A DNA stretch of 64,000 nucleotides from an uncultured Bacillota bacterium (lineage in GTDB: Bacteria; Bacillota_I; Bacilli_A; RFN20; CAG-826). The notes beneath the pieces were generated by a model. The model ran no database searches. It was not told where the DNA came from and worked only from the letters and a program-made list of their open reading frames with translations. The translations under genes were made by a program, and so were the position numbers. Shown piece by piece: positions 1-9,707 of this stretch. The DNA lies in assembly GCA_949298195.1 (NCBI GenBank), contig CASFVT010000019.1, forward strand, positions 1,664 through 65,663, given 5' to 3'. Each line of letters starts with the position of its first letter. Positions within the stretch are counted from its first letter, which is position 1.

Positions 1-218
1 AAACCGCCACCGGAAGCCTCGCAACGGATGTCGTACTTCCCGTCGACGCCAAGAAGGGTCAACGGCTGCTTGAGGTTCTGGACGAGGGTCGCGTAGGGCA
101 TGTACTCGTTCACGTCGCGGTCGTTGACGGTGATCTTGCCCTTCCCGGCGGTCAGATAGACGCGGGCGATCGACTTCTTCCGCCGCCCGGTTCCGTAATA
201 GGTGTTCTTGTCGCTCAT
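1..218 (-). CDS. rpsI: 30S ribosomal protein S9, N-terminal part (gene runs off the window start)
   Basis: Reverse translation from the ATG at 216-218 reads MSDKNTYYGTGRRKKSIARVYLTAGKGKITVNDRDV, the conserved S9 N-terminus. An AAGGAG RBS lies in the 9-nt gap after rplM. This is the universal rplM-rpsI order. Confidence 0.9.
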   Translation of the reverse strand, partial: MSDKNTYYGTGRRKKSIARVYLTAGKGKITVNDRDVNEYMPYATLVQNLKQPLTLLGVDGKYDIRCEASGGG

Positions 219-227
219 GGTGTCTCC

Positions 228-650
228 TTACTTCTTGAGATCGAGGACGATCGGCTTCTGGGCCGCTTGCTCGTGCCTATCGTCTGCATAGACGAAGAGC
301 TTCTTGATGATCTTGCGCCCGAGGGGGCCCTTCGAGAGCATGCCCCAGACGGCCCGTTCGACCATCTCGACCGGGAACTCGCGGAGCATCACGCCGGAGC
401 TCCGGGTCCGAAGGCCGCCGTTGTAGCCCGAGACGTTGTAGTAGTTCTTCTTGTGCTCGGCATCGCCAGTCAGCTTCACCTTGGAGGCGTTGATGACGAT
501 GACGAAGTCGCCAAGGTCTTGGTTGGGGGTGTAGATTGGCTTGTCCTTGCCGCTGATGATCATCGCAACCTGCGATGCAAGCCGTCCCAGCGGGATGTCC
601 GTGGCATCGACGAGATACCACTTGCGCTCGATTTCATGGGGTTTGGCCAT
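228..650 (-). CDS. rplM: 50S ribosomal protein L13
   Basis: ORF 228..668. Start moved to the second ATG (650), giving MAKPHEIERKWYLVDA, the canonical L13 N-terminus. Followed by rpsI. Confidence 0.95.
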   Translation of the reverse strand: MAKPHEIERKWYLVDATDIPLGRLASQVAMIISGKDKPIYTPNQDLGDFVIVINASKVKLTGDAEHKKNYYNVSGYNGGLRTRSSGVMLREFPVEMVERAVWGMLSKGPLGRKIIKKLFVYADDRHEQAAQKPIVLDLKK

Positions 651-758
651 GGTCGTTTGACGTTGCATGTTTTCCTTTTCCTTGTTCTGGTCGATGAGAC
701 CTTCCTAATGTCGTTGAACTTTACCGGGGTTTAACTCTTTAGGTCAGTGCCGGCGTTA

Positions 759-787
759 AATATATACGCGTAAGCGCGTGGAGTAAA
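759..787 (-). promoter_or_regulatory. candidate sigma70-type promoter for rplM-rpsI
   Basis: Minus strand reads TTTACT (782-787), a 17-nt spacer, then TATATT (759-764). The spacer contains a 5-bp hairpin ACGCG-N4-CGCGT (766-779) that could also be a weak terminator for the upstream MFS gene. Confidence 0.35.
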
Positions 788-805
788 GTATTTCCGCTTG
801 CTCCC

Positions 806-2113
806 CTAGACACCAGGGGTCCGGTAGGCTTCTTTTTCTTCCTCGCTCAGCGTCTCATCCCGTTTCCGGAGCCGGAAGTCAATGACCTCGTGAAGGAGGA
901 ACATGAAGATGGCAAAGCCGAGGACGAGGTAGGGGAGGATCCCGAACTCATTTCCAAGCGACTTCGCGATGAGCCCGAAAAGAGGCGAAACGACGAGGCT
1001 GCCGAGATAGGCCACCGCCATTTCCATCGACATGGCCGTCTGGGAAAGGCGTTTGGAGAAACGGTACGGCGTAAGGAGGATGATGCTCGGGAAGATGGGG
1101 CCGCAGCCAATGCCGATGAGAAGGAAGCCGGCTGCCGAAACCTGCCAAGGGAGGGGAAGGAGGGCCGTCACGGAACCGATCAATAGGACAATCTCCCCGA
1201 TTCTGATCATCCACCGCGGCTTCAGTTTCACCGATAGAAGACCTGAGAAAAAGCGCCCGACGGCGATTCCGATGTAGAAAAGGGAAGCAAGGGAAGCCGA
1301 GAGGGAACTGTCGAGCCCTTTGGCGTAAGAGAAGAAACTGGCTCCCCAGAACCCCGAGGAGGTCTCAAGGGCGCAATAGGAGAAGAAGCCGAGGACGGCG
1401 AGATAGAAGATGGGCTCTTTCAGGAGCCTCCGATGGTCGCCTTTTTCGATTGGGGCTTCTTCCTCCGGGGCCTTCTTTCCTTGGGCCGCCACCCTGTCCC
1501 AGAGGGGAAGGGTGAGGAAGACAAGCAAGGCGATTGCAAACTGGATGATGGAGATGGTGAGGACCCCGTTAGGCCACCCGTCATCGGTCGCCGGGTCGAT
1601 GAAGGCTCCAAGGATCAAGGGGCTGGTCGAGGCCCCGATGCCCCAGGAGCAATGGAGCCAATTCATGTGGATGGCCTTGTAATGGAGGGCGACGAAGTTA
1701 TTGAGCGCGGCATCGATTCCCCCGGCTCCAAGGCCCACGAGGACGGCAATCGGAAAGAAAGCCCACCACGTATCATTCCTGACAAAGGAGAAAAGCAAGA
1801 GCCCGAGGGCCGTCATGAGAACAGAGACGGCCACGTAGTACTTCGCCTTGACCTTCTGGAGGACGAAAGAGGAGAGGAAGGAGGAGAGGATGGTCGCCGC
1901 GGTAAGCCCGATCCCGATGTAGCCAGCAAGATCGCTAGACAAGCCGAGGTTCCCGGAGATGGCCGGGAAAGAGGAACCGAGGACCGGATCGGGGAGACCG
2001 AGGCTGATGAAAGTCAGGTAGATGACAACAAGAAGGGCAATTGCCATATCCGAAAAGATAATCGTCAAAAGGGGACTGGACAACAAAAAAGCCGTCGCTG
2101 GAACGGCTTTCAT
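806..2113 (-). CDS. MFS-type transporter, substrate unknown
   Basis: 435-aa ORF with about 12 hydrophobic helices and an MFS-like N-terminal loop ISLGLPDPVLGSSFP. An internal Met at 2047 is an alternative start. Confidence 0.8.
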   Translation of the reverse strand: MKAVPATAFLLSSPLLTIIFSDMAIALLVVIYLTFISLGLPDPVLGSSFPAISGNLGLSSDLAGYIGIGLTAATILSSFLSSFVLQKVKAKYYVAVSVLMTALGLLLFSFVRNDTWWAFFPIAVLVGLGAGGIDAALNNFVALHYKAIHMNWLHCSWGIGASTSPLILGAFIDPATDDGWPNGVLTISIIQFAIALLVFLTLPLWDRVAAQGKKAPEEEAPIEKGDHRRLLKEPIFYLAVLGFFSYCALETSSGFWGASFFSYAKGLDSSLSASLASLFYIGIAVGRFFSGLLSVKLKPRWMIRIGEIVLLIGSVTALLPLPWQVSAAGFLLIGIGCGPIFPSIILLTPYRFSKRLSQTAMSMEMAVAYLGSLVVSPLFGLIAKSLGNEFGILPYLVLGFAIFMFLLHEVIDFRLRKRDETLSEEEKEAYRTPGV

Positions 2114-2125
2114 TAGGGGGTTCGA

Positions 2126-2836
2126 TCAGGCGTTGGAAACGTTGTGGTAGACGTTTTGGACGTCCTCGCACTCATTGAGCTCGACGAGCATCTTCTTGAA
2201 GTGCTCGAGGTCCTCGCCCTCGAGGGTGACATACTCGTTGGGGACGAAACTCACCTCGGCCGTCTCGAAATCGTCGTGCCCGAGTCCCTTGATGATGTCC
2301 TTGGCCTTCTCGAGGTCACTCGGGGCAGCCAATATCTCGACGTAACCGTCCTCGAAGGAGACAGAAGCGACGTCGACGTCTCCGAGGATCAACGCTTCCT
2401 CGATTTGGTCGCGCGCCGCCTCATCGCCGGCGAGGTCGATCACGGAGCGCATCTCGAAGTTGTAGAGGACGCTGCCGGGTTTGCCGCCCTTGCGGGTGAC
2501 GATGGTCCTCACCTCGGTCAGGGCGCGGTTCCCATTGTCGCTCATCGTGTCGACGATGACGAGGGAGCCGCCGGGGCCAAAGTACTCGTAACGCCCTTCG
2601 ATGTAGGCGACGCTATCGCCGCCCTTGGCCTTCTCGATGGCCCGATCGATGACGTCGCGTGGGCAACTCTTCCGGTATTTCTCGATGGCACTCCGGAGGG
2701 CCAGGTTGCTGGCTGGATCGGGGATGCCCTTTTTCGCGGCCGCATAGATTTCCTTGCTGGCCCGCATGTAAATGGCGCTTTTCGCCTTGGCCGTCGCGGC
2801 CATCGCGGCCGCCCGGACCTCAAAATGTCTTCCCAT
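2126..2836 (-). CDS. YebC/PmpR (YeeN-type) family transcriptional regulator
   Basis: 236 aa. MGRHFEVRAAAMAATAKAKSAIYMRASKEIYAAAKKGIPDPASN and GRYEYFGPGGSLVIVDT match the YeeN branch of the YebC/TACO1 family. Confidence 0.9.
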   Translation of the reverse strand: MGRHFEVRAAAMAATAKAKSAIYMRASKEIYAAAKKGIPDPASNLALRSAIEKYRKSCPRDVIDRAIEKAKGGDSVAYIEGRYEYFGPGGSLVIVDTMSDNGNRALTEVRTIVTRKGGKPGSVLYNFEMRSVIDLAGDEAARDQIEEALILGDVDVASVSFEDGYVEILAAPSDLEKAKDIIKGLGHDDFETAEVSFVPNEYVTLEGEDLEHFKKMLVELNECEDVQNVYHNVSNA

Positions 2837-2898
2837 GGGAAACTCCTTCTTGAAACCGTGTAATTATAGTCACCGCTTCCTTGTCAGGGAAAGGGGGC

Positions 2899-3738
2899 TT
2901 ACCGGCCCCACTTCTCTTTGAGAAGGGCGATTCGCTTCTCGATCTCGTCCCCGGAAAGGACCTCGAGCCCGTGTCTATTCACGAAAGAGAGGGCATAGGC
3001 GAGGTTGGTGTTCTCCTTGAGGTCGAAGGGAGAATGGGCATCGACCCCGATGACGCACTTGGCCCCGAGCTCACGGGCGAGCTTCCAAAAAGGACTACAT
3101 GGATAGGCATAGGAAAGCTCACCGTCGATTGAATATGGTCTAGTCCAGCGGGTGTAACCGAGATTGACCTCGAGGGGAAGGTCGTGTCGCACCGCTGCCT
3201 CGATGATCTTCCGGGCAGCCTCAATGGCCGTGCGGTCCCAAGCTTGGAGGGGGTTCCAGGACATGTAGAGGTCAGGATGGGCAAGGTAAAGAAAGTAGCC
3301 GCTTTCGATTCCCTCGATGACTTCCCTTGCGTAAAGGGGGAAGGCTCTCTCGCCCAGCGAGGCAAACCAACGTGGCCTCTCCCCGTTGAAGGAAAGGTGA
3401 TGGCCGAGGATAAAGTAATCGAAGCCCTTTTCCCTGTAGAGCCATTCGTAATAGTCATTTCTACGCTCCCCGTACCACTCGGCCTCAAAGGCGAGGAAGA
3501 TCTTGATTTTCGAGGCGAATTCCGCCCGCAAAAGCCCGACTGATGAAATGTAATCGTCGAGTTCGGAATAATCACCACGCATCCCGGGCTGGGAGAGGAA
3601 AGGCAGGATTGCGTGGTCGGAAAAACCGAGGCGCCGATACCCATCGTCGATGGCGTGCTCGACATACTCGCGGTCGGCCCCGAAGGCGTGACCGCAACGG
3701 GCGGTGTGGGTGTGGAAACAGTAATCGAGATTGTCCAT
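2899..3738 (-). CDS. PHP-domain phosphoesterase, HisJ-family histidinol-phosphatase-like
   Basis: 279 aa. N-terminal CFHTHTARCGHA metal-binding motif plus later His/Asp motifs (LGHH, LAHPD, GVDAHSP) typical of the PHP fold. Confidence 0.75.
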   Translation of the reverse strand: MDNLDYCFHTHTARCGHAFGADREYVEHAIDDGYRRLGFSDHAILPFLSQPGMRGDYSELDDYISSVGLLRAEFASKIKIFLAFEAEWYGERRNDYYEWLYREKGFDYFILGHHLSFNGERPRWFASLGERAFPLYAREVIEGIESGYFLYLAHPDLYMSWNPLQAWDRTAIEAARKIIEAAVRHDLPLEVNLGYTRWTRPYSIDGELSYAYPCSPFWKLARELGAKCVIGVDAHSPFDLKENTNLAYALSFVNRHGLEVLSGDEIEKRIALLKEKWGR

Positions 3739-3742
3739 CTGG

Positions 3743-4477
3743 TCAGTATTCTACCTTGAGGAGGGTGAGACCCTCCGCTGGGGCTTTGTAGGAGAGGATC
3801 TTCCTTTCCTTCGAATCCAGCCGGGAGGCGATTTCGTTTAGATCCATCCGTCCTGAGGCCACCCGGAGGGCAGCCCCGACCATGAAGCGTATCATATAGG
3901 TCATGAAGCCGTCCCCGTGGAAGACGGAGACATAGACACCGTCTTTATAGACGACGTCGATCGATTCGATGTGCCTAACGAAACCCTTCCCGTCTTTCAT
4001 CTTGGAGGTAAAGGAGGAGAAATCGTGGGTGCCAGCAAAGAGGGAAAGGGCTTTTTGGAAGAGGGTTTCGGAAAAAGCGCTCCCATGCTCGAGATAGGCA
4101 ATGCCCGAAGCGAGAACATCGCGGGGCGCGAAGGAAAAGGAATACGAGTAGAACTTCCCTTTCGCCTCTTTACGGGGGTCGAAGCCGTCCTCGACTTCCT
4201 CGAAGGAGATGATGGCGAGGTCAAGGGGGAGGCGCCGATCGATGGCCCGGCGCTCCCGTTCGAGGTCATGGATGAGTCGAGGCGGTACGAAGGCAATGAC
4301 TTGCTCGGCCGCATTGACCCCGGCATCGGTCCGCCCGGCCCCCTTGATCTTGATTGGCTTCCTGAAATGGGCACTCAAGGCCTCCTCTAGTTCGCCTTGG
4401 ACCGTCCGTTCGCCTTTTTGGCGTTCGAAACCCTTGAAGAAAGCACCGCGATAGGCGACGAGGGCCTTGATCACCAT
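3743..4477 (-). CDS. truA: tRNA pseudouridine(38-40) synthase TruA
   Basis: 244 aa with the GAGRTDAGVNA catalytic-Asp motif. Lies directly downstream of ecfT, the conserved Firmicute arrangement. Confidence 0.9.
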   Translation of the reverse strand: MVIKALVAYRGAFFKGFERQKGERTVQGELEEALSAHFRKPIKIKGAGRTDAGVNAAEQVIAFVPPRLIHDLERERRAIDRRLPLDLAIISFEEVEDGFDPRKEAKGKFYSYSFSFAPRDVLASGIAYLEHGSAFSETLFQKALSLFAGTHDFSSFTSKMKDGKGFVRHIESIDVVYKDGVYVSVFHGDGFMTYMIRFMVGAALRVASGRMDLNEIASRLDSKERKILSYKAPAEGLTLLKVEY

Positions 4478-5331
4478 GCCGCTACCCCAACGAGTCGGAA
4501 GAGATCCACGTTGGCAATCGATAGATACATTACCCCGGCCGTGAAGGCAGCGACGAGAAGGATCCCGAAAAGGTCGACGAGGTGAAAGGAGAGCTTCCGG
4601 TAGCGGCTCCTCTTCGCGTTCGGGTCATAGCCTCGGGCCTCCATTGCATTGGCCAATTCGTCGCTCCGGACGAAGGACTGGACGAAAAGGGGAACGATGA
4701 GGGAAACCATCGCCTTGATCTTGCTGACGATGGAGCCCTTTTGGTAATCGACCCCGCGGCTGGTCTGGGCCTTCATGATCCGATTGACGTCGTCCATGAT
4801 GGTCGGGATGAAGCGGAGGGCAAGGGATAGCATCATCGCGAAGATATGGGTCGGGAAGCCGATGAACTTGAGGGGATGGAAATACCATTCGAGGGCGTCG
4901 GTGAGGTCGAGGGGACGGGTCGTGGCCGTCAAGACGAGGGAAAACATCACCATGAGGATGAGTCGGAGGAGGATCCTCCCGGTATCGAGGAAGGCTTCCC
5001 AATAGACGTCGAAACCCCAAAGGGTGAAGGCGAGATGGGGGTTCCCCGAACTCCGGTCGGTGAAGAGATAGACGATGAGGAGGAAGAGGATCATGAACCA
5101 GAGGCTCATGATGGATTTCAGGAGGGTCTTCATCTTCATCCGACTCTCGAGGTAAAGAGCAACCGCGATGACGAGGATGACCCCCTCGACGAGGAAACTC
5201 ATCGAATAAGTGACCTGACCCATGAAGATGGAGATCATGAGGAAAATCAAAGCCAGGATCTTGGTTCGGGGATCCATCCGGTGGAGGAAGGTATCGTAGG
5301 GAACGTACCGCCCCATCGATAGCGAATTCAT
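4471..5331 (-). CDS. ecfT: ECF transporter transmembrane component EcfT
   Basis: 286 aa, polytopic. Two Ala-Arg-containing coupling-helix motifs (SLALRFIP, AMEARGY). 4-nt overlap with ecfA2. Confidence 0.85.
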   Translation of the reverse strand: MNSLSMGRYVPYDTFLHRMDPRTKILALIFLMISIFMGQVTYSMSFLVEGVILVIAVALYLESRMKMKTLLKSIMSLWFMILFLLIVYLFTDRSSGNPHLAFTLWGFDVYWEAFLDTGRILLRLILMVMFSLVLTATTRPLDLTDALEWYFHPLKFIGFPTHIFAMMLSLALRFIPTIMDDVNRIMKAQTSRGVDYQKGSIVSKIKAMVSLIVPLFVQSFVRSDELANAMEARGYDPNAKRSRYRKLSFHLVDLFGILLVAAFTAGVMYLSIANVDLFRLVGVAAW

Positions 5332-6179
5332 CGACGGGCCTCCTTGATGGCCCTCGCAAGGCCATTGACGTCCTTGATTCCCTCCGGGGCGACGTGAAGT
5401 CCTCCCTTTTCGAGAAGGGAGAGGAAGGAATAGACCTTCGGGGCCTCGAGGGCGTAGGAAGTCAAATCGACTTCGAGGAGGGAAGAGGGACTACCGTCCT
5501 TCTTCACTTCGCCGTCTTCGAGGACGATAAGGCGATCAGCCGCGGCCAAGACGAGGTCCATGTCGTGGGAAATCAGAATGATCGTCGTCCCTTTGCGGTT
5601 GATTTTCCTGAAAAGTTCCAATGTCTCCCGGCTCGCTTCCGGGTCGAGGCCGGCCGTCGGCTCGTCGAGGACGAGGACATCGGGTTCCATCGCGAGGATT
5701 CCGGCGATGGCCACTTTCCTTTTCTCCCCACCGGAGAGGGCGAACGGGGACCTCGTGAAGAAGCTTTCGTCCAGTCCGACTTCCCTAATGGCGGCATGGG
5801 CTTTCTCAAGGGCCTCATCAAGCTTGGCCCCAAAGTTCCGTGGACCGTAGGCAACGTCTTTCTCTACCGTGTCCAGGAAGAGCTGGTACTCCGGGAACTG
5901 GAAGACGAGACCCACTTTTTTCCGAAGGCCTTTCAGCTTCTTGCTTCGCCTCTTCTTGTTGCTCGAATTGACGAATTCGTCAACGGCGACCTCCCCCGCG
6001 GTCGGGGTAAGGAGGGCGTTGAGGAGTTGGGCCATCGTCGACTTGCCAGAGCCCGTCCGCCCGACGATGGCGACGAAACTCCCCGGCTCAATCGAAAGAT
6101 TCACCTTTGAAAGGGCGTTCGACGAAAAAGGGGAACCGGCTTGGTAGACATAAGAAACATTGGAGAAACTTATCGGCAT
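5328..6179 (-). CDS. ecfA2: ECF transporter ATPase EcfA2
   Basis: Walker A GRTGSGKST, signature LSGGEKRKVAIAG, Walker B VLVLDEPTAGLD. Second ATPase of the ecfA1-ecfA2-ecfT array. Confidence 0.85.
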   Translation of the reverse strand: MPISFSNVSYVYQAGSPFSSNALSKVNLSIEPGSFVAIVGRTGSGKSTMAQLLNALLTPTAGEVAVDEFVNSSNKKRRSKKLKGLRKKVGLVFQFPEYQLFLDTVEKDVAYGPRNFGAKLDEALEKAHAAIREVGLDESFFTRSPFALSGGEKRKVAIAGILAMEPDVLVLDEPTAGLDPEASRETLELFRKINRKGTTIILISHDMDLVLAAADRLIVLEDGEVKKDGSPSSLLEVDLTSYALEAPKVYSFLSLLEKGGLHVAPEGIKDVNGLARAIKEARR

Positions 6180-6994
6180 AGGTACCTCGCGAGGCCTTCC
6201 TCGTCATTGATCTCGGAGGGGATTTCCATCCCAAGCTCCCGGAGCGCGTTCGCCAAACGATAAGCGAAAGGGGCATCAAGGTGGATTTCCCCGAGCAGTT
6301 CCCGCTCCTTGAAGACTTCCCGTGGGGTTCCCTCAAGGACTTTCTTCCCTTCGTTGAGGACGATCACATAATCGCTATTGGCCGCCTCCTCAACGTCGTG
6401 GGTAATGGAAAGGATGCTGAGGCTGGGGTCTTTTTCCCGTAGCCGGTGGACGAGGGAAAGTATTTCCCTCTTTCCAGTGGGATCGAGCATGCTCGTCGCC
6501 TCGTCGAGGATGAGGAGGCGAGGTCCCATCGCGAGAACCCCGGCGATGGCCACCCGTTGTTTCTGACCGCCGGAAAGCCCCTCCGGGGATTTCTTGAGAT
6601 AATCGATCATCCCGACCTCCCGGGCGAATTCGTCGATGATTGCCTGCATCTCCTCCCGCTTGATTCCCCGGTTCTCGAGCCCGAAGGCAATGTCTTCCTC
6701 AACGGTGGAGCCGACGAACTGATTGTCGGGATTCTGAAAGACGAGGCCGATGTCCTTCCGGGCCTTCACGATGCTCTTCTTGTCAAGCAGGGTCCCGAAG
6801 AGGGAAACCTTCCCCTCGTAGGAGAAGCCGAGAAGCCCGCTGATGAGCTTGGCGAGGGTGCTTTTTCCCGACCCGTTGTGGCCAATGAGGGAAACGTAAC
6901 TCCCCTCCTCGATGGAAAAACTCAGATCGGAGACGGCCTTGGGCTCATCCTGGGAGTAGGAAAAGCCGAGGTGTTCGACTTCGAGGGCTTTCAT
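6170..6994 (-). CDS. ecfA1: ECF transporter ATPase EcfA1
   Basis: Walker A GHNGSGKST, signature LSGGQKQRVAIAG, Walker B LLILDEATSMLD. Confidence 0.85.
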   Translation of the reverse strand: MKALEVEHLGFSYSQDEPKAVSDLSFSIEEGSYVSLIGHNGSGKSTLAKLISGLLGFSYEGKVSLFGTLLDKKSIVKARKDIGLVFQNPDNQFVGSTVEEDIAFGLENRGIKREEMQAIIDEFAREVGMIDYLKKSPEGLSGGQKQRVAIAGVLAMGPRLLILDEATSMLDPTGKREILSLVHRLREKDPSLSILSITHDVEEAANSDYVIVLNEGKKVLEGTPREVFKERELLGEIHLDAPFAYRLANALRELGMEIPSEINDEEGLARYLCR

Positions 6995-7212
6995 CGCTTC
7001 TCCTTCTTCTTCCGCTTGGAAAGATGGATGTAGATCTCGTTGGCTAGGACGAGGGTGAGGAGGAGGAAGGCGAGGATCCCGAGGATGAGGTAAGAGACCC
7101 AGTCACCAAGTCCGACCGCGGCCGCGGCGATCCCAAAGCCCGAGCCAAGGAGGATGGCGGCGACCAGGACATAGACGAACAATCGGTATGAAAACGGTTT
7201 GTTGGAACTCAT
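6991..7212 (-). CDS. small two-helix membrane protein with basic tail
   Basis: 73-aa ORF with 4-nt overlaps to both neighbours (comEB upstream, ecfA1 downstream). Two hydrophobic helices and a C-terminal KRKKKEKR tail. No recognisable family. Confidence 0.5.
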   Translation of the reverse strand: MSSNKPFSYRLFVYVLVAAILLGSGFGIAAAAVGLGDWVSYLILGILAFLLLTLVLANEIYIHLSKRKKKEKR

Positions 7213-7700
7213 TTTGCGGAGATTTCGATGTTTTTTCCCTTGTATTCGCGCACATTCACCCCAGCCATCTGAAAGAGGCGGCGCGAGGCTTGGTAGATGG
7301 TCCCCTCGCTATATTTGTCGGAGAGGTAGACAAGTTCCTTGATACCGGTCTGGATGATGGCCTTCGCACACTCGTTGCACGGGAAGAGGGTGACATAGAG
7401 GGTACAGCCCTTGAGGTTGGAGCCACCACGGGCATTGAGGATGGCATTGAATTCGGCATGGCAGACATAGAGGTACTTGCTCTCAAGGCCCTCCCCATGG
7501 CCCCAGGGGATTCTCTCATCGTCGACACCCCGTGGCATGCCATTGTAACCGATGGAGACGACCTTCCGGTCGGAATCGACGATGCAAGCCCCGACCTGGG
7601 TGGAGGGATCCTTGCTCCGCATGGCGGACAGAATGGCGATGCCCATGAAGTACTCGTCCCAGTTGAGATAATCGTCGCGGTGCTTTTCGAACATTGCCAA
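7209..7700 (-). CDS. comEB: dCMP deaminase (ComEB family)
   Basis: 163 aa with the zinc-binding motifs HAEFNAI and PCNECAKAI of the cytidine/deoxycytidylate deaminase family. Confidence 0.85.
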   Translation of the reverse strand: MAMFEKHRDDYLNWDEYFMGIAILSAMRSKDPSTQVGACIVDSDRKVVSIGYNGMPRGVDDERIPWGHGEGLESKYLYVCHAEFNAILNARGGSNLKGCTLYVTLFPCNECAKAIIQTGIKELVYLSDKYSEGTIYQASRRLFQMAGVNVREYKGKNIEISAK

Positions 7701-7769
7701 TCTCTCCTTACGGCGGCTTAGTATACACCAAAGGAACCTTCTTCAGTGAAGAAGGTAGGGCCGCCCCAT

Positions 7770-9404
7770 TCAGCGGATTTCGGCGATCAGGGCCTCGTAT
7801 GGACGGAGGAATTTCTTGTATGTGAGTCCCGCCCCCTCGTAGTTGGAGAGAAGCACTTCCCCGCGGAGGGAACGGATCTGCTTCGGGAGACCCACTTTCC
7901 GGGCCGTGAGGTTGAGGAGGACGAAACGGGTCTTCCCCTCGTAACGACGGTAGAAGGCGAAGATGCGGCTATTAGTCTTCACCGGCTCGAAGCTCCCGTA
8001 AGTGAGGGCCCCGTCCTTCTTCCTAAGGGCGATGAGCTTCCGGTAATAGTTGAGGATTGACTCCCCATCGATTTCTTCCTTCGCCACGTTGATTTCCCGA
8101 TGGTTGGGGTGAACGGGCAGCCAAGTCGCTTGGTTGCTCGAGAAGCCGGCAGCCGCAGTCTCGTCCCACTGCATCGGGATCCTGGCGTGGTCGCGGTTCA
8201 TGTTGTCGACGAATTTCAGACACCGGTTGTCGGAGAAGCCGATCCTCCTAAGGAGCCCGTAGAGCCAGAAATTGACCGGGTCTTGGTACTCCTTCTTCTT
8301 GAAAAGGGGGTAGTCCACCATCCCGATTTCCTCGCCCTGGTAAATGAAGGGGGTACCACGCAGGGTCAGTAGGAGGGTGCCGAGCATCTTGGCGGATAGA
8401 GAGTGGAACCCGGGGCTCCCGAAACGGGAGACGGAACGCTTCTGATCGTGGTTCTCGAGGTAAACAGCATTCCAGTCGACGGCCCCTTCCCAGCCGATCA
8501 AGCTCTTTTTAAAGGCGGGCTGCCAATGTTTCCTGACGAAGATCGGGACGATGAACTTATCCGCGTTCATCGTGTCGAACTGGAAGACGAGGTCGAGTTC
8601 CCCATCGAGGAAGCGCTTGGCGTTCTCGAAGTCCACGTCGTAAGTCTCGCCGACCGTCATGCAGTCGTAATGGGCGAAGACATCGTCGTGGAGGCGCTTG
8701 AGGATGAGATGGTTCCCCTCCTTCATGAGGTAATGTTCCTGGCCGATCAGCCAAGGCTTCCATTTCCCGTCATCGAAGCTCTCCTTGTAGATCTGGTTGA
8801 TGACGTCGCAACGGAACCCGTATATCCCCTTGTCGAGCCAGAAACGGAGGATGGACTCGACTTCCTCGAGGACCTTGGGGTTCCGCCAATTGAGGTCGGG
8901 CTGTTTCTTCGAGAAGAGGTGAAGGTACCACTCATCGAGTTCGGGGATGTATTCCCAAGCCGGGCCCCCGAAATTCGAGGACCAGTTGTTCGGTGGAACC
9001 CCCGGCTTCTTTCCCCTCTTGTAGATGTAGTAATCATGGTAAGGGGAGTTAGGATCCTTCGAGGCTAGGAACCATGGGTGCTCGTCGGAGGTGTGGTTGA
9101 CGACCAGGTCCATGACGATCCTGATTCCCCGTTTCCGGGCCTCGAGGATGAGACGGTCCATGTCCTCCATCGTCCCGAGTTCCGGGTTGATGGCCTTGTA
9201 GTCGGAGATGTCATAACCGAAATCGGCATTCGGGGTCGGGTACACCGGGGAAAGCCAGATGATGTCAATCCCGAGGCTCTTGACGTAATCGAGTTTCGAG
9301 ACGATACCGGGGAGGTCCCCAATGCCGTCCCCGTTGCTGTCCTTGAAGGAACGAGGATAGATTTGGTAGACGATGCCACCGACGAAAGGCTTGTTTTTGT
9401 CCAT
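7770..9404 (-). CDS. GH13 alpha-glucosidase (oligo-1,6-glucosidase / trehalose-6-phosphate hydrolase type)
   Basis: GH13 conserved regions DLVVNHTS, GFRCDVINQI, VGETY and YLENHDQ. Start placed at MDKNKPFVGGIVYQIYPRSF (Met 21 of ORF 7770..9464). Confidence 0.85.
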   Translation of the reverse strand: MDKNKPFVGGIVYQIYPRSFKDSNGDGIGDLPGIVSKLDYVKSLGIDIIWLSPVYPTPNADFGYDISDYKAINPELGTMEDMDRLILEARKRGIRIVMDLVVNHTSDEHPWFLASKDPNSPYHDYYIYKRGKKPGVPPNNWSSNFGGPAWEYIPELDEWYLHLFSKKQPDLNWRNPKVLEEVESILRFWLDKGIYGFRCDVINQIYKESFDDGKWKPWLIGQEHYLMKEGNHLILKRLHDDVFAHYDCMTVGETYDVDFENAKRFLDGELDLVFQFDTMNADKFIVPIFVRKHWQPAFKKSLIGWEGAVDWNAVYLENHDQKRSVSRFGSPGFHSLSAKMLGTLLLTLRGTPFIYQGEEIGMVDYPLFKKKEYQDPVNFWLYGLLRRIGFSDNRCLKFVDNMNRDHARIPMQWDETAAAGFSSNQATWLPVHPNHREINVAKEEIDGESILNYYRKLIALRKKDGALTYGSFEPVKTNSRIFAFYRRYEGKTRFVLLNLTARKVGLPKQIRSLRGEVLLSNYEGAGLTYKKFLRPYEALIAEIR

Positions 9405-9680
9405 GGCTATAGGGTAATCGGAACAAGGGAAAAGAAAAAGACCCCATAGGGGTCGGGTGAGCAAGGGCAGCCTTCACTCGCCCTTCAAATAGAGGTCAAG
9501 GGCGACCGCGTAGGCCTTCCAGAACGTCTCGTCGCTACCAAGGAACGAGGACACGTAATCGGGAGTGAAGAGCTCATCGCCTTCGAAATACGTTTCCCTT
9601 ATGGCCTGATCGCTTCTTTCCACGGCAGCAATTCTCCATGGCGAGAGAAAAGGAGGCAAGGGGGGCAGTTTGGACGTTGT

Positions 9681-9707
9681 CAAAGAAAAGAGGCCCAAGT
9701 CGGCCTC
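9681..9707 (-). terminator. intrinsic terminator after the wHTH gene
   Basis: Minus strand GAGGCC-N6-GGCCTC (9690-9707, overlapping the stop codon) followed by TTTTCTTTG. Confidence 0.55.

Noticed and set aside
9474-9698. 74-aa ORF between the wHTH gene and the glucosidase gene.
   Set aside because: It starts with a TTG located inside the terminator hairpin of the upstream gene and contains no ATG. It could be a gene remnant, but I cannot support it as a CDS.
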